A stretch of DNA of 64,000 bases from Octopus sinensis (Eukaryota), in contig NC_043013.1 of NCBI RefSeq assembly GCF_006345805.1, positions 45,322,001-45,386,000 on the forward strand, in the 5' to 3' direction. The first letter of the stretch is position 1; the number at the start of each line of letters is the position of its first letter. Both the position numbers and the translations under genes were made by a program. The notes under the pieces are model-generated. The model worked only from the letters and a program-made list of their open reading frames with translations, made no database searches and was not told where the DNA came from. Below are positions 12,381 through 23,898 of the stretch, one piece after another.

Positions 12381-12708
12381 ATTTGGAGACTATACAAGTC
12401 TGTTTCGTTTACATTTCCTTCGTTCCTTTTCTAAAGAGGGATGCAGTAAATCTTTGGCAAGCGGCATGATGTTTCGTTAAACCACACAGTTACGTAGTCT
12501 GCTTGATCTGACAAATTTGTTCGTTTAACAAAGAGTGGGGCTGTTGTTGTTTCTGTGGCCTGTCTTTTACCGCAGAAACTGTTAATTCAATCAAACTGAT
12601 AATGTTTACCGGAACAGAACACGTGCAAGTCCTAAGATGAAAGTTAGCTGTCTCGATTCTCTTAAAGCCATTGGGAAAATCTAGTATATTGTAAAATATA
12701 CGACTCTG

Positions 12709-12870
12709 GGATCTTTTCGGTTTGACCGGCATTGTTTTCTAGCGGTGTCATATGAAAGTGTCATCCATAATTATGACCCCAGTATCGATCTATTGCATTT
12801 CAATCTGTTTTAGGGTTAGGGTTAGTTAGGGTTAGAGGTAGGGGGAAGGGTATCTTTTTTCTTCTTCACA
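12709..12870. mobile_element. Merlin-like MITE, truncated
   Basis: GGATCTTTTCGGTTTGAC start, ends shortly after the TTAGGG block. Confidence 0.8.
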
Positions 12871-12964
12871 AATGTAGAAAATATTGCTCAAGGTGCCTAT
12901 CTTTTGATAGTTAGAGAAGGGGCAATCACCGCATTAGCCAACACTTGTATATATATATATAGTT

Positions 12965-13145
12965 AATCCAAACAAGAAAACAAAAAGACAACAACGCAAG
13001 GACGTGGAACAATTAAAGTATTATTGGACGCTCAGGAAAGACGTTTCGAGCGGAGCTCTTCGTCGGAAACATAGAGAAGGAAAGGTCCCGAGAAGGGAAG
13101 ACAGAGGAAACAAAAACGCTAGTGATACAGACGAGGTCACATACT
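12965..13145 (-). mobile_element. Penelope-like pseudo-LTR fragment flanked by (TA)n
   Basis: Antisense CCGACGAAGAGC...GCTCGAAACGTC motif of the type found in PLE termini; no coding evidence. Confidence 0.45.
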
Positions 13146-13169
13146 AATATATATATATATATATATATA

Positions 13170-13227
<58 letters not shown>

Positions 13228-13285
13228 CAATGCAGCTGTCTGAAGTCAAAAGATCTTTTCATTTCCTGTTCATTGTATCAGCAGA

Positions 13286-13657
13286 CTAGCAGTATCGCCC
13301 GGCGTTGCTCGGGTTTGTAAGGGAAATAACTATAAAGCATTTTTAGAGAGTTATAGCCAAAAAATGGAAAAAAAATGATGGTAAATTTTTTTTTTAATTA
13401 AAAAGGTCGAGTTGCGTCCCCTAGACAGTCTGTGGTTTGTGTTTCTGATTGTCGACCCCATGTCGAATTTATCGATTTTTTTCAGAACTGGGGGAACTTT
13501 TCAAAATTTTCGCTGCGTTAGTTTTGAATTATGACATTGGGCTATGTGTGTGTCAAGTTTCATCAGAATCGGTTGAAAGCTGTGGTCAGGGTGAGGGTAC
13601 AAGCAAACAGACACACAGAAACACGCACAGACAAACTGCCGTTTATATATAGAGAGA
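13286..13657 (-). mobile_element. Non-autonomous Helitron
   Basis: On the minus strand A|TCTCTCTATATATAAA ... CCCGAGCAACGCCGGG hairpin ... CTAG|T: canonical TC start, subterminal hairpin, CTAG end, AT target. Confidence 0.85.
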
Positions 13658-14314
13658 TACGTTTTACTCCCCATTCCACAACAGGTCTGTTGATTTGCAT
13701 ATTTTTCATTGAAGGTTGTTAGTTACTTAACCGCGTCTGTGATCAATGAGACAAGGTGTGGGCATCTAGCCAGAAAGTGGTCAGAGATTTTCCCAAAACC
13801 GGCGAAACATTTGACAAGGATTTATTTATTTATTTTATTTATTTATTTGTTGTGGTTTAATACGATATATTAAAAATTCCTTTTAGGTGTTATGATAAAT
13901 ATAGCATAGTAAATATAGACAGTTAATAGAGCTTTCCTGATCAGACGTATATATATCATTACCTTATTGATCTTTTCTGAAAATTTATTATCAATGGCTA
14001 GGCAATCTGAGTTAATACAAAACAAATGGTAAGGTCAGTGCTAATGTACTGAACTGAACCAAGAAATCTTAATTTAGTAAAACTACACTTGTTGTAACGA
14101 GAAAGAATCATTAACTTAATAATTAATTCCATCAAGAAAGCCGGAGGAGTTATCCGCCAAATTTAATCGATGAAAATGTGAATAGTATATAAGTAATGCA
14201 GTGGCGGAGTGAGTCTGAGCTGGCAGTATGGAGGATAACTCCAAGCGCGTTTTAGTCTTATTATACCTCTTCAGTTAAATATAGTCTTTGCCAGTACCGC
14301 CAGATATGACACGC

Positions 14315-14360
<46 letters not shown>

Positions 14361-15160
14361 TCTTTTATTCTTTTATTTGGTTCAGTCATTTGACTGCGGC
14401 CATGCTGGAGCACCGCCTTGAAGGATTTTAGTCGAACAAATCGACCCAAGGAGTTAATTTTTTTAAAGCCTAGGGCTTATTCTATCGGTCTCATTTGCCG
14501 TACTGCTAAGTTACGGGGACGTAAACACACCAGCACTAGTTATCAGGTGGTGGTGGTGGCGGAACAAACAAATTCCTTTTATCATAGGTCTGCTCGGTTA
14601 GGCTTCTAGCCCAGTGGCTATCAGGGAAAGACTTCGCCCGTACCCCCACCCATTTTCTCCCAAATTTGTCTATTTTTGTAATTTTTTTGGCCCAAAATCC
14701 CCGTTTTCGGATACGGAGGTTCCGGAAAATTGCCAAAAATCGGCATTGTGAAATTTTCCCCCACCTCCAACTTCTTCAATTTTGACTTTTTTCCTCAACA
14801 CTAACCCTAAAACCCTAACCCTAACCCTAACGCTAAAATCCTAACCCTAAAACCCCAACCCTAACCCTAACCCTAATCCTAACCCTAATCCTAAAACCGT
14901 AACCGTAAGTACAGAAATGTTTTGAAACTTTTGTCCGAATCATGATGTCCGTATTTTTCCGCATATTTAGAAGAAAAAAAAAATTCTTAAAAATTTTTTT
15001 ACACAAACACGACAGGCTTCTTTCAGTTTCCGTCTACCAAATCCACTCATAAGAGGCTAGCGTAGAAGACACTTGCCTGAGGTGCCACGCAGCGGGACTG
15101 AACCCGGAATCATGCGGTTGGGAAGCAAGCTTCTTACCTCACAGCCATTTCTGCGCATAG
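14361..15160 (-). mobile_element. SINE family A split by an insertion (14361-14570 and 15008-15160)
   Basis: The tail half and head half are collinear either side of the 14572-15000 insert. Confidence 0.75.
14572..15000. mobile_element. Unclassified insertion carrying a (CCCTAA/CCCTAAAA)n array at 14800-14906
   Basis: Interrupts a SINE; telomere-like repeats read directly; no TIR or TSD recognised. Confidence 0.5.
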
Positions 15161-15296
15161 CATACCTATCTATGCACATCTCTGCATCGGCATACCTGTG
15201 CACGTGTGAGTGCTTCAATGTATGCGCGTGTGTGTTTGTTTACATTTTTTTAGATCGATGAAATCAATTTATTCTGTGTAACATATAAGCCTCTTC

Positions 15297-15722
15297 GGAT
15301 TTTTTCGGTTTAAACGGCAGTTTTTTCTAGCGGTGTCATATGAAATTGTCACCCATAATTATGACCCTAGTATCGATCTATTGCATTTCAATCTGTTTTA
15401 GGGTTAGGGTTAGTTAGGGGTGATGGGAAAGGGTATCTTTTTTTTTTTTTCAGAAATGTAAATAAACCCAATCTGTTTCTTAAACGGGGGACATATTCAT
15501 ACGGCACAGAATATTTTTTACCTCAATGGACGTCAGTGATTGGTAGAAATTGAAGAAATTGAAGAAAAAACCCAACAAATATCTTACAAACTATAGAATT
15601 TTCTCAATAAAGCCAAGAGAAAAAGATGTTTTATAAACACATTCTACCAGTATACGAAGTTTAAAAGTGTTTAGTTACGTGGAAATTATTTTTAAAAACT
15701 GCCGGTCAAACCGAAAAGATCC
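15297..15722. mobile_element. Merlin-like MITE
   Basis: ~29-bp TIRs; perfect 8-bp TSD GCCTCTTC. Confidence 0.9.
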
Positions 15723-16029
15723 GCCTCTTCTGTGTGTGTGTGTGTGTGTGTGTGAAATTGATAAATATAATTTACGATAAAAAATTTAATTTCATTTCAA
15801 TACTTTTGACTTCAGAGCTCACGATAGTTCGCCTGCACTTAAGCTTCCTCTGACTGTCACTGCCACTCCCTCTGTTGTATTACTCTCCTTTCTCTAGCGT
15901 CTTGAGGGCAAAGCCCCTAAATGTTGTCCGCCTGCATTAGCATCTCACACTGTCACACACGCTCCCACTTCGTCTGTTGCTTTACCATTCTTTCCCTACA
16001 GCGTACTGCGTGACTGACAGGTACACAAT

Positions 16030-16500
16030 AAGTGTTTTATCATATCAGAAACTTATTGTGCGAGAGAGCAGCGCATGTCATCAAAGTGACATTGGGGTAC
16101 AAATATGCAAAGCCCAATACACCCATCATGACTATCTGTCTGATAAGGGTACACCAGGCATATGCATCACAACCATGTGTGCAACGTGATGACCTCATAT
16201 CAAGATTAACAGCGTATGACATTACAGGTGGGGCCCAGTGAGAATTTTTTTCAGGCCGAGTAGCCCATCCCGCTCAAAAGTCCCTGAATAAGGGTTGATT
16301 AAGGATGTTGAACGAAACACCCATATTTCCAGAGGTGAATTATTCAATCTCCCCAAAATTCCTCTCATCACACGGCTATGATGCCCCCCCCCCCACTACT
16401 TCTACATGTAATCAGAGATGCACATATCATCAACCACCGAGGGACATGCTCAACTTGGTTAAGGTCAAACAACCGACAAGCAAATCTGTGGCATTGGACA
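16030..16500 (-). mobile_element. Diverged copy of the TAA-tailed 558-bp family
   Basis: Antisense match to 5170-5620 (aacccttattcagggac, gagcgggatggg, gtacccttatcaga). Confidence 0.8.
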
Positions 16501-16780
16501 GAATTTATTTTTATTCAGTAGTTTTTTTTTATAGCATGCTTTCACTTCACTACCGAGCGCAGCTCTGTGTGCCTTGGGTATGTGCTGTGATTTGTTGTGA
16601 TGCTCTGATGGTTATTGTATGGAAAGTGTTCTGCGTAGGATGTGTGCAGTGCCTAGTAGTGCAATTTTCTGTATGTTATATGTGTTTGTAAGTCCTGGTG
16701 TTTTTGTTATGTATCTGCCTGAATATTTTTTTATCATGCCTAATGCACCTACTATGATAGGAATTGTTTCTGTTTTTAGA
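16500..16780 (-). mobile_element. 5'-truncated RLE-type non-LTR retrotransposon (R4/Dong-like) C-terminus and 3' UTR
   Basis: LKTETIPIIVGALGMIKK...IQKIALLGTAHILRRTLSIQ* (16612-16779) is the typical IP(V/I)(V/I)(I/V)GALG...QK.ALLGTA.ILR end of R4/Dong ORFs; embedded in (TAA)n. Confidence 0.75.
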
Positions 16781-16969
16781 TTATTATTATTATTAGTATT
16801 ATTATTATTGTTGTTGTTGTTGTTGTTGCTATTATCATTATTATTATTATTAGTAGTTGTAGTAGTAGTACTAGTATTATTATTATTATTATTATTGTTG
16901 TTGTTGTTGTTATCATCATTATGAATATTATTATTATTATTATCATTATTATTATTAGTATTAGTATTA

Positions 16970-17018
<49 letters not shown>

Positions 17019-17101
17019 TATCATTATTATTATTATTATCATCATCATTATTATTATTATCATTATTATTATCATCATCATTATTATTATTATTATTATT
17101 A

Positions 17102-17133
<32 letters not shown>

Positions 17134-17212
17134 GTTGTTGTTGTTGTTGTTATCATCATTATGAATATTATTATTATTATTATCATTATTATTATTAGTA
17201 TTAGTATTATTA

Positions 17213-17270
<58 letters not shown>

Positions 17271-17293
17271 CATTATTATTGTTATTATTATTA

Positions 17294-17327
<34 letters not shown>

Positions 17328-17347
17328 CATTATTATTATTATTATTA

Positions 17348-17394
<47 letters not shown>

Positions 17395-17419
17395 GTTATT
17401 ATTATTATTATTATTGTTG

Positions 17420-17474
<55 letters not shown>

Positions 17475-17481
17475 TATTATT
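16781..17481. repeat. Compound (ATT/GTT/ATC)n array with a 240-bp higher-order duplication
   Basis: catcattatgaatatt marker at about 16914 and 17154. Confidence 0.9.
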
Positions 17482-17806
17482 GAGTGAGAGAGCAGTGCAT
17501 GCCATCAAAAGGTGTCCATAAATTACTTTGCAATTTGAAAAATTCTGTAAAAAAATGAAACATGAGGAAAACTCAGCAGAGTTTATTGGAAAAACATAGG
17601 CGTACATATAAAGTTTTATTACAAACACCAGAAAAACTTCAATAAAGACCCCATTTGTTGCACGTCACACGCCCAGATGATAGATACATGCTCCTCCCCC
17701 CTCAAAAAACCCCCAAAAAACAAGGGTTGAAAGACGCACAATGTAACAACACACGTTTGATGCAAATCTCATGAAGCGCCTCTCTAATGTCTAAAATCGC
17801 AAACTT

Positions 17807-18031
17807 TACTCTTTTACTCTTTTACTTGTTTCAGTCATTTGACTGCGGCCATGCTGGAGCACCGCCTTCAGTCGAGCAAATCGACCCCGAGACTTATTCT
17901 TTGTAAGCCCAGTACTTATTCCATCGGTCTCTTTTTTGCCGAACCGCTAAGTGACGGGGACGCAAACACACCAGCATCGGTTGTCAAGCAATGCTAGGGG
18001 GACAAACACAGACACACAAACACACACACAC

Positions 18032-18098
<67 letters not shown>

Positions 18099-18261
18099 GA
18101 CAGGCTTCTTTCAGTTTCCGTCTACCAAATCCACTCACAAGGCATTGGTCGGCCCAGGGCTATAGCAGAAGACACTTGCCCAAGATGCCACGCAGTGGGA
18201 CTGAACCCGGATCCATGTGGTTGGTTAGCAAGCTACTTACCACACAGCCACTCCTGCGCCT
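17807..18261 (-). mobile_element. SINE family A, full length, young
   Basis: Head ggcgcaggagtggctgtgtgg (A-box), ggttcagtccc (B-box), central microsatellite, (AAAAGAGT)n tail. Confidence 0.9.
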
Positions 18262-18578
18262 ACGTGAATTTTCTTTTAGAATTTTTGCGTAAACTGGCGT
18301 TGCAACTGGAGTTGGTGCAGTATCAACTGTAAGGAATCATTAAAGATATTTTAAGGAATGTTCTTTGTCTTCTTCTTTTCATTGAATTATTTACTCTTCG
18401 CCAAACCCATTTTATGGTATAATTATTGGGAAACTTGGATTTTCTACACCTGAGGAATTTCAGCTTTGGCCTGGAACCCGACTATGTTGATAGCCCAGTA
18501 TTCGGGTCGAGTACTTCTCTGCAAATCTCCTAAATTAACACCCTACCTGACCTAAGACATATATATATGAACTCGGAA

Positions 18579-18648
18579 CGTAGCGGCAGACGAAATACCG
18601 CTAAGCATTTCGCCCGGCGCGCTAACTTTTCTGCCAGCTCGCCGCCTT
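18579..18648 (-). mobile_element. SINE family B head fragment
   Basis: aaggcggcgagctggcagaa...gcggtatttcgtctgcc antisense. Confidence 0.75.
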
Positions 18649-19306
18649 GTGGGGCTGAATACCGTCCACGATGTCGATGACGAGAGCGACGACGATGACG
18701 ACGAAGAGGAAGAGTAAGAAAGAAGAAAACGAGTGTATGAGAAGCTGTTACCGGAATCTGTCTCTAAAGGCAGTCGATCAGAAGTAGGATCGAGATGGAG
18801 CAAGGTGAAAGAGTGGAAATGTCAAGAAGTGTGTGTAGTAGGATAGATAAGAGATACTTAAACTTCATGGTATTCAGAAGGGAGAGAAACAAGATCGTGT
18901 GGCGCTGCCGCCGCTGCACAGGAATAACCAGAAAAAGATAGGATGCTGGTGTGGAGATAGTCAGCACATCCATTAAGCGAAAAAATAAAAAATAAAAAAT
19001 AAAACAACAAAAGAAAACAAAAAGAAAGTAAAAATAACAAAAAACAAAATAAGTTCAAAAGTAGTACTTTCAGCATGTTTATAGAAGTAGACTACGATTT
19101 GTTTTTGAACACACACACACACACACGCACCCACCCACTCACACACACACTCACACCCACACTCACTCTCATATATGTATGTATGTATCTATCAATCTGT
19201 CCGTCTGTCTGTGTATATATCTCTTATTATAAAAGGCAGATTTTATCTGCCTCCCTTTGTCACTTATAGAAATCTACAATATAGGATTTCTTCAATTACA
19301 ATTTAC

Positions 19307-19332
19307 CTAGCATTTTTAAGAGTAGAATGCAT
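19307..19332 (-). CDS. Candidate short coding exon end MHSTLKNA(R/S), phase-2 donor
   Basis: ATG CAT TCT ACT CTT AAA AAT GCT AG|GTAAAT; paralogous to 19840-19871; no downstream exon identified. Confidence 0.3.
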
Positions 19333-19839
19333 CGGGTCATGCCAGGTCCAGTTTTTAAAATTTAAACTCCAATTAAGCAAAATTTACAGAAAACTCACAT
19401 TCTGGTGTGTATGTCAAATGCTTTTCTTAGTCTGTTTACAGCACACGCAAACGCACACACACAGTGTGCAACGAATAAAATGAAACTAATTCACTGTGTG
19501 TGTGTTGACAGGTAGACAATAGAATGCGATGGCGATGTAATATTTGTTTCTGTCTATCACGCTGATAGATACATGAGTAAAATGTATGGCAAGCTAAGAG
19601 ATAAGAGTGAGTGAAAATGTTCTTGGAAGAGAGTAATAGCGACAGAGTGATTTGAGGAAGACTAAACTGAAAGTATTTCTATAAAACGGATCACGCATGC
19701 TATCAACATAATTTCTCCCACTTTCTCTTTGCAAGTGTACCTTAAACCACTACTCAAAAAATAAAAAAAACACAGCAAACAGAAACAAATAAATACATAA
19801 CGATTTACTCCTCACACAATTTCTTCAATTAGAGTTTAC

Positions 19840-19871
19840 CTAAGATTTTTCAAAGTACTCCATTCGGTCAT
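19840..19871 (-). CDS. Candidate short coding exon end MTEWSTLKNL(R/S), phase-2 donor
   Basis: ATG ACC GAA TGG AGT ACT TTG AAA AAT CTT AG|GTAAAC; strong polypyrimidine-CAG/TCAGT at 20130-20150 upstream. Confidence 0.3.
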
Positions 19872-20685
19872 GCCATAACAAATTTCTTTCAATTTCACCC
19901 CCAATTAAGACAAAATTCAAGAAAACTCAATATTTTAACATTTCACTCCGAAAGCATTGATGTACATGTGTGCGTGCGTGAGTGTGTGTGTGTGTGTGTG
20001 TTTGATGGGTTGTGCGACACAGAAAGTGTGGTGTGTAAGTGAAGTGCTTTTGTTAGTGTGTGTAAAGAGACAGACAGAGTGAAAGACAGAAATAACTGAA
20101 CTTTTTTTATTCACTTTTTGTAGTGAGTGACTGAGAGAGAAAAGAGAGAGAGGTTATGTATGTATATATGTATGTATGGCTTCAGTGACACACACACACA
20201 AAAACACATACCTACGTACACCTAAAGCACGCACACACACACACACAAGCGGAGCGCGAACTTCAAAATTTTGGTAGTATTAATTTGCGAGCGTACTTCT
20301 AAGCGCGCGTAATTGAAAGTTTTCACTATGATATCATCACGTGCGAAAAAATTCGAAGGGTTTTGAACAATTGAGATACAGATGTCACGCCTGTATTGAA
20401 ACCATTGCTAAGCTGCCGTAATTGCTTAATTAAGACTTTGTTTAAATTGAAAGGGGCAAATATGTGACGAGGTTGAAAAAAAATACCCCAGAAAAAAAAT
20501 GTACTGCTGGTATTTATATAATTCACTACTATTTTGCTACAATGTCATGAAAAAGAAAAAATTTAGGTATGTACAACATATATTATACATTTTTTATATT
20601 CATTCAACGAAAATAAAAAAATCGAATTCGCCACCCCCTTTTCCCCGTTCGCGTTTGTGTAAAAAAATTTATTATTTAAGTTTTA

Positions 20686-21043
20686 TCTCTATATAAAGCT
20701 AAAGTTGTCTGTGTGCGCCACGTTTGGTAACCTTCAACTAACACTATCTTCTCCGAGACCCTGCGGCGCAAGTTGACCAAAATTGAGAATATGATAGAAG
20801 AAGGGTTGCTCTTCCTTCCGTAGAACATAAAATTCAAATCGGACCATGTTAACACCAAAAATTATTTACATCAAAAAGATGCTTTTTTCTATGAAAATCC
20901 CTATTTTTTACGATTTTTTCACTGCTGTGTCGCCACTTTTCGGTGTATTTCGACCAGAAAAATGTTCACAAAATTTTTACTTTTCAAAATTACAATTCCA
21001 GCGGGTCGAAACAAACCCGAGCAACGCCGGGCGATACTGCTAG
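20686..21043 (+). mobile_element. Non-autonomous Helitron
   Basis: A|TCTCTATATAAA start; ACAAACCCGAGCAACGCCGGGCGATACTGCTAG|T end. Confidence 0.85.
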
Positions 21044-21197
21044 TATATATATATATATATATATATAACAAATTAATAAATAAAACATATGCATATATAC
21101 ATACATATATGTACATACCTACATCTATCTGTATATATACATGCATATATATATATATATTATATATATATTATATATATAATATATATATATATAT

Positions 21198-21286
<89 letters not shown>

Positions 21287-21309
21287 CTTTTCTACCCATA
21301 TATATATAA

Positions 21310-21560
21310 GTGCAGGAGTGGCTGTGTGGTAAGAAGCTTGCTTTCCCACCACATGGTTCTGGGTTCAGTCCCACTGTGTGGCACCTTGAGCAAGTGTCTG
21401 CTACTATAGCCTCGGGTCGACCAAAGAAGCCCGTCGTATATGTGTTTAAGTTTATGCTTTCCAGTTTCAGCTCTTGAGCTGTGGCCATGCTGTGTGTGTA
21501 TATGTCATTGTGTTTGACAACCGATGTTGGTGTGTTTACGTCCCGATACATGCATATATA
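21310..21560 (+). mobile_element. SINE family A, partial/rearranged
   Basis: gcaggagtggctgtgtggtaag head; gacaaccgatgttggtgtgtttacgtccc body. Confidence 0.7.
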
Positions 21561-21837
21561 TGCAAGTCTTTGTTGCGGTGTGGTAGCTTGAGGTCTGTCA
21601 TGCAACGGAGGTCAAAAGACAGAGAGCTGACTAATATGCACCAGGGGTAAAAATAAGTTTGTATAAGACCAAGATAGAAAAGAAATAAAGTTACAGGCAG
21701 CCTCGATGACATTTCAAAACCAACAAGAAAAGACAGCCTAGAGTTGAGAACAATAGAGGAAAGTCACTCCATAGGGTGCGAAGGCCTAAAGAAAATACAC
21801 ACACACATATACACGCACAAACACACACACACACACA

Positions 21838-21868
<31 letters not shown>

Positions 21869-22089
21869 CCACACACACACACAAAGAAAGAAACAAACAT
21901 AAAACCAACAGAGCGTCGCTATTTCTTGTGTGCGAGAATTTCAATTTCCTCCAGATTGAGTCGGTCCTCAATGTTGATGGCGTTGATGTCTGAGTGAAAC
22001 AGGACAGGGATAAAGACGGCATGGAAAAGCTGTAGGAGGATGTTGTTCTTGCTGGTTGCATCTTGCGTTCTTCACATATTAAATTTTTT

Positions 22090-23740
22090 TTCCTCTTTAC
22101 TTCAAAAGGTTAGTTCTTAAGGTTGAATAAGAGTGAAACCATCTGGAACGGCTCTGGGGGTTCACTCTCCCACGCTTTTTGTTTCAATTCCAGCCATTTC
22201 GAAGCTTGTCTTTAGATAGTCTTTTTAACAGAGGAAACTACATCCTCGTGATCTTTTCACTGAAGGAAATTTGACAAGGAAATATCTCATCTTTTATTAT
22301 CATCATATATATTATGCTCCGACTATTATCTTTTTCTCGTACAATTCTATTGTTAAAAAAGTTCTTCCATTTGATGTTTAAGAACGCACGGAGATTATGT
22401 TATGATTTTTGATGGTTTCTTTTTCATGTTTCATGCACTAAGATGGTGACAGCCGATAAACTACTTGTTTTGTTTTGGGGGCTTAAATCTTTGCCTTTAA
22501 AGACTCGATCTGCAAGTTTTTTTCGGTGATTTTCCATGACAACTTTCACAAAGCTTTCGATTTCCTTTCTTGAAAATAATAACTGCTTTTTAAAAATTTA
22601 TTTGAGACTCGGTGGTCTTCCCATTCTTTCAGGAACAGAGTGGAAAGCCTGATTTTGAGGGGCAGTTTCCCTTGTTTCAGCGTTGGTCGACCCCGGAGAT
22701 TTTCGTGGTTTTATTCTGTTCATGGAATTTCCACTCTCAAATTTTCTTCACAATTCTGCAGCGAGCGAACAATGTTCCTTCGAGAATCTTTACGGTTTTA
22801 AATCAGTTGGAGAGTTGGAACTGAATGTTGGGGATGAAAAAAGAATGTAACGAACAGAGGCCATGTATGAGAAGATCATTGAGATTAAAGTTCCCAACAA
22901 CTTCTTTACAATTAATCTCTTTCCGTAACCGATTATCTCTTCCCACTCTTACTTAAAATCGCCTTAGAGTAGATGTTTATCTCTTGTTTACACTTTCAAA
23001 ATGTTGTTATTCATTTGTTGGTAAAATTGATTTTCTACATCTTCATCGGCATTAAGAGTTGGAGCAGAAGCTGAGATAAGCACAATAAAATTGTTTTGAG
23101 ATAATGGTACACGAAGATCGAATGTCGATCGTCGACGGCAGTTGGAGTTCGATGATGATCTCGAAAAATCCTGGTCTTCACAGCAAAGCCAACTTTTGGG
23201 GTTATTTTCTCTCCTTGTTTTCGTTTCTAAAAGAGTCATTCAGTTTGAATGGAAAGAACAAGAGAGTTATTTTTAATGAACCATTCGATTAACTTGTGTG
23301 GTCAGCACTCTTCGCTGAAAATTTTCCTTTCCTTGAGAGTTGTGTTTCACACAGGGCAGCGAAAGCGATGTTGAAACGAGGGAGAAAGTATTAGGCGTCG
23401 TTCTGGTCTTTCAGTGTTGATAAGATCAAAATGCAGTTCTAGGTTTCATGCTCTGAAAATCAGATTGCTAGATTCAGATTCGGCTTTCTTTGAGTTTAGG
23501 TACTGAAAAGTGGCTTCCGACTTTTGGTTCACATTTTCTAGGGTGCTCAAAGTTCAGGATGAACTAGCAGTATTCCTGAAAAGGACTGCTTAGACACGGA
23601 TGGAGGATTAGAACTTCCGAGCAGCATCGGGTCTGGAAATGGTGACCATCATACATCGGCTGCCAAAATGCAGGTCCAGACAGAAACTTCAAGTAACACC
23701 AAACCTGTTCCTACCGTCCTTATTTCATCGCAGTTGGGCT
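22090..23740 (-). pseudogene. Degenerate RTE-clade LINE: 5' region and AP endonuclease domain
   Basis: Frameshifted blocks RPERR, FNIAFAALCETQL, LRVPLSQNNFIVLISASAPTLNADEDVENQFY match the RTE endonuclease pattern (RPERRT..YNIDIAALSETRL..ISAYAPTL...FY). Confidence 0.75.
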
Positions 23741-23898
23741 TTAGAAATAAAATAAAATAAAAATTAGATATAGAAATATATCTGTGTTGAGTAGACACTT
23801 CGCGCTTTCTTTATAATAAATGTACTTTAGCTTTTGGTTGTAGAATTTATATTCCTCGTCTCTATAGACTTTTGTTTGAGTTGAAGATAAAGAGCCTA

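Noticed and set aside
12490-12732. 80-aa ORF
   Set aside because: It starts inside a MITE and has no recognisable motif
14200-14310. Possible small TIR element (cagtggcgga.., ctggcagtatgg/ccagtaccgccag)
   Set aside because: The inverted match is short and no TSD was found
14800-14906. True chromosome end or fusion site
   Set aside because: The array is short, variant-rich and internal to an insertion; no head-to-head arrays
18764-19076. Exon 2 for the 19.3/19.8 kb candidate exons
   Set aside because: Both plausible acceptors give early stop codons in the required phase
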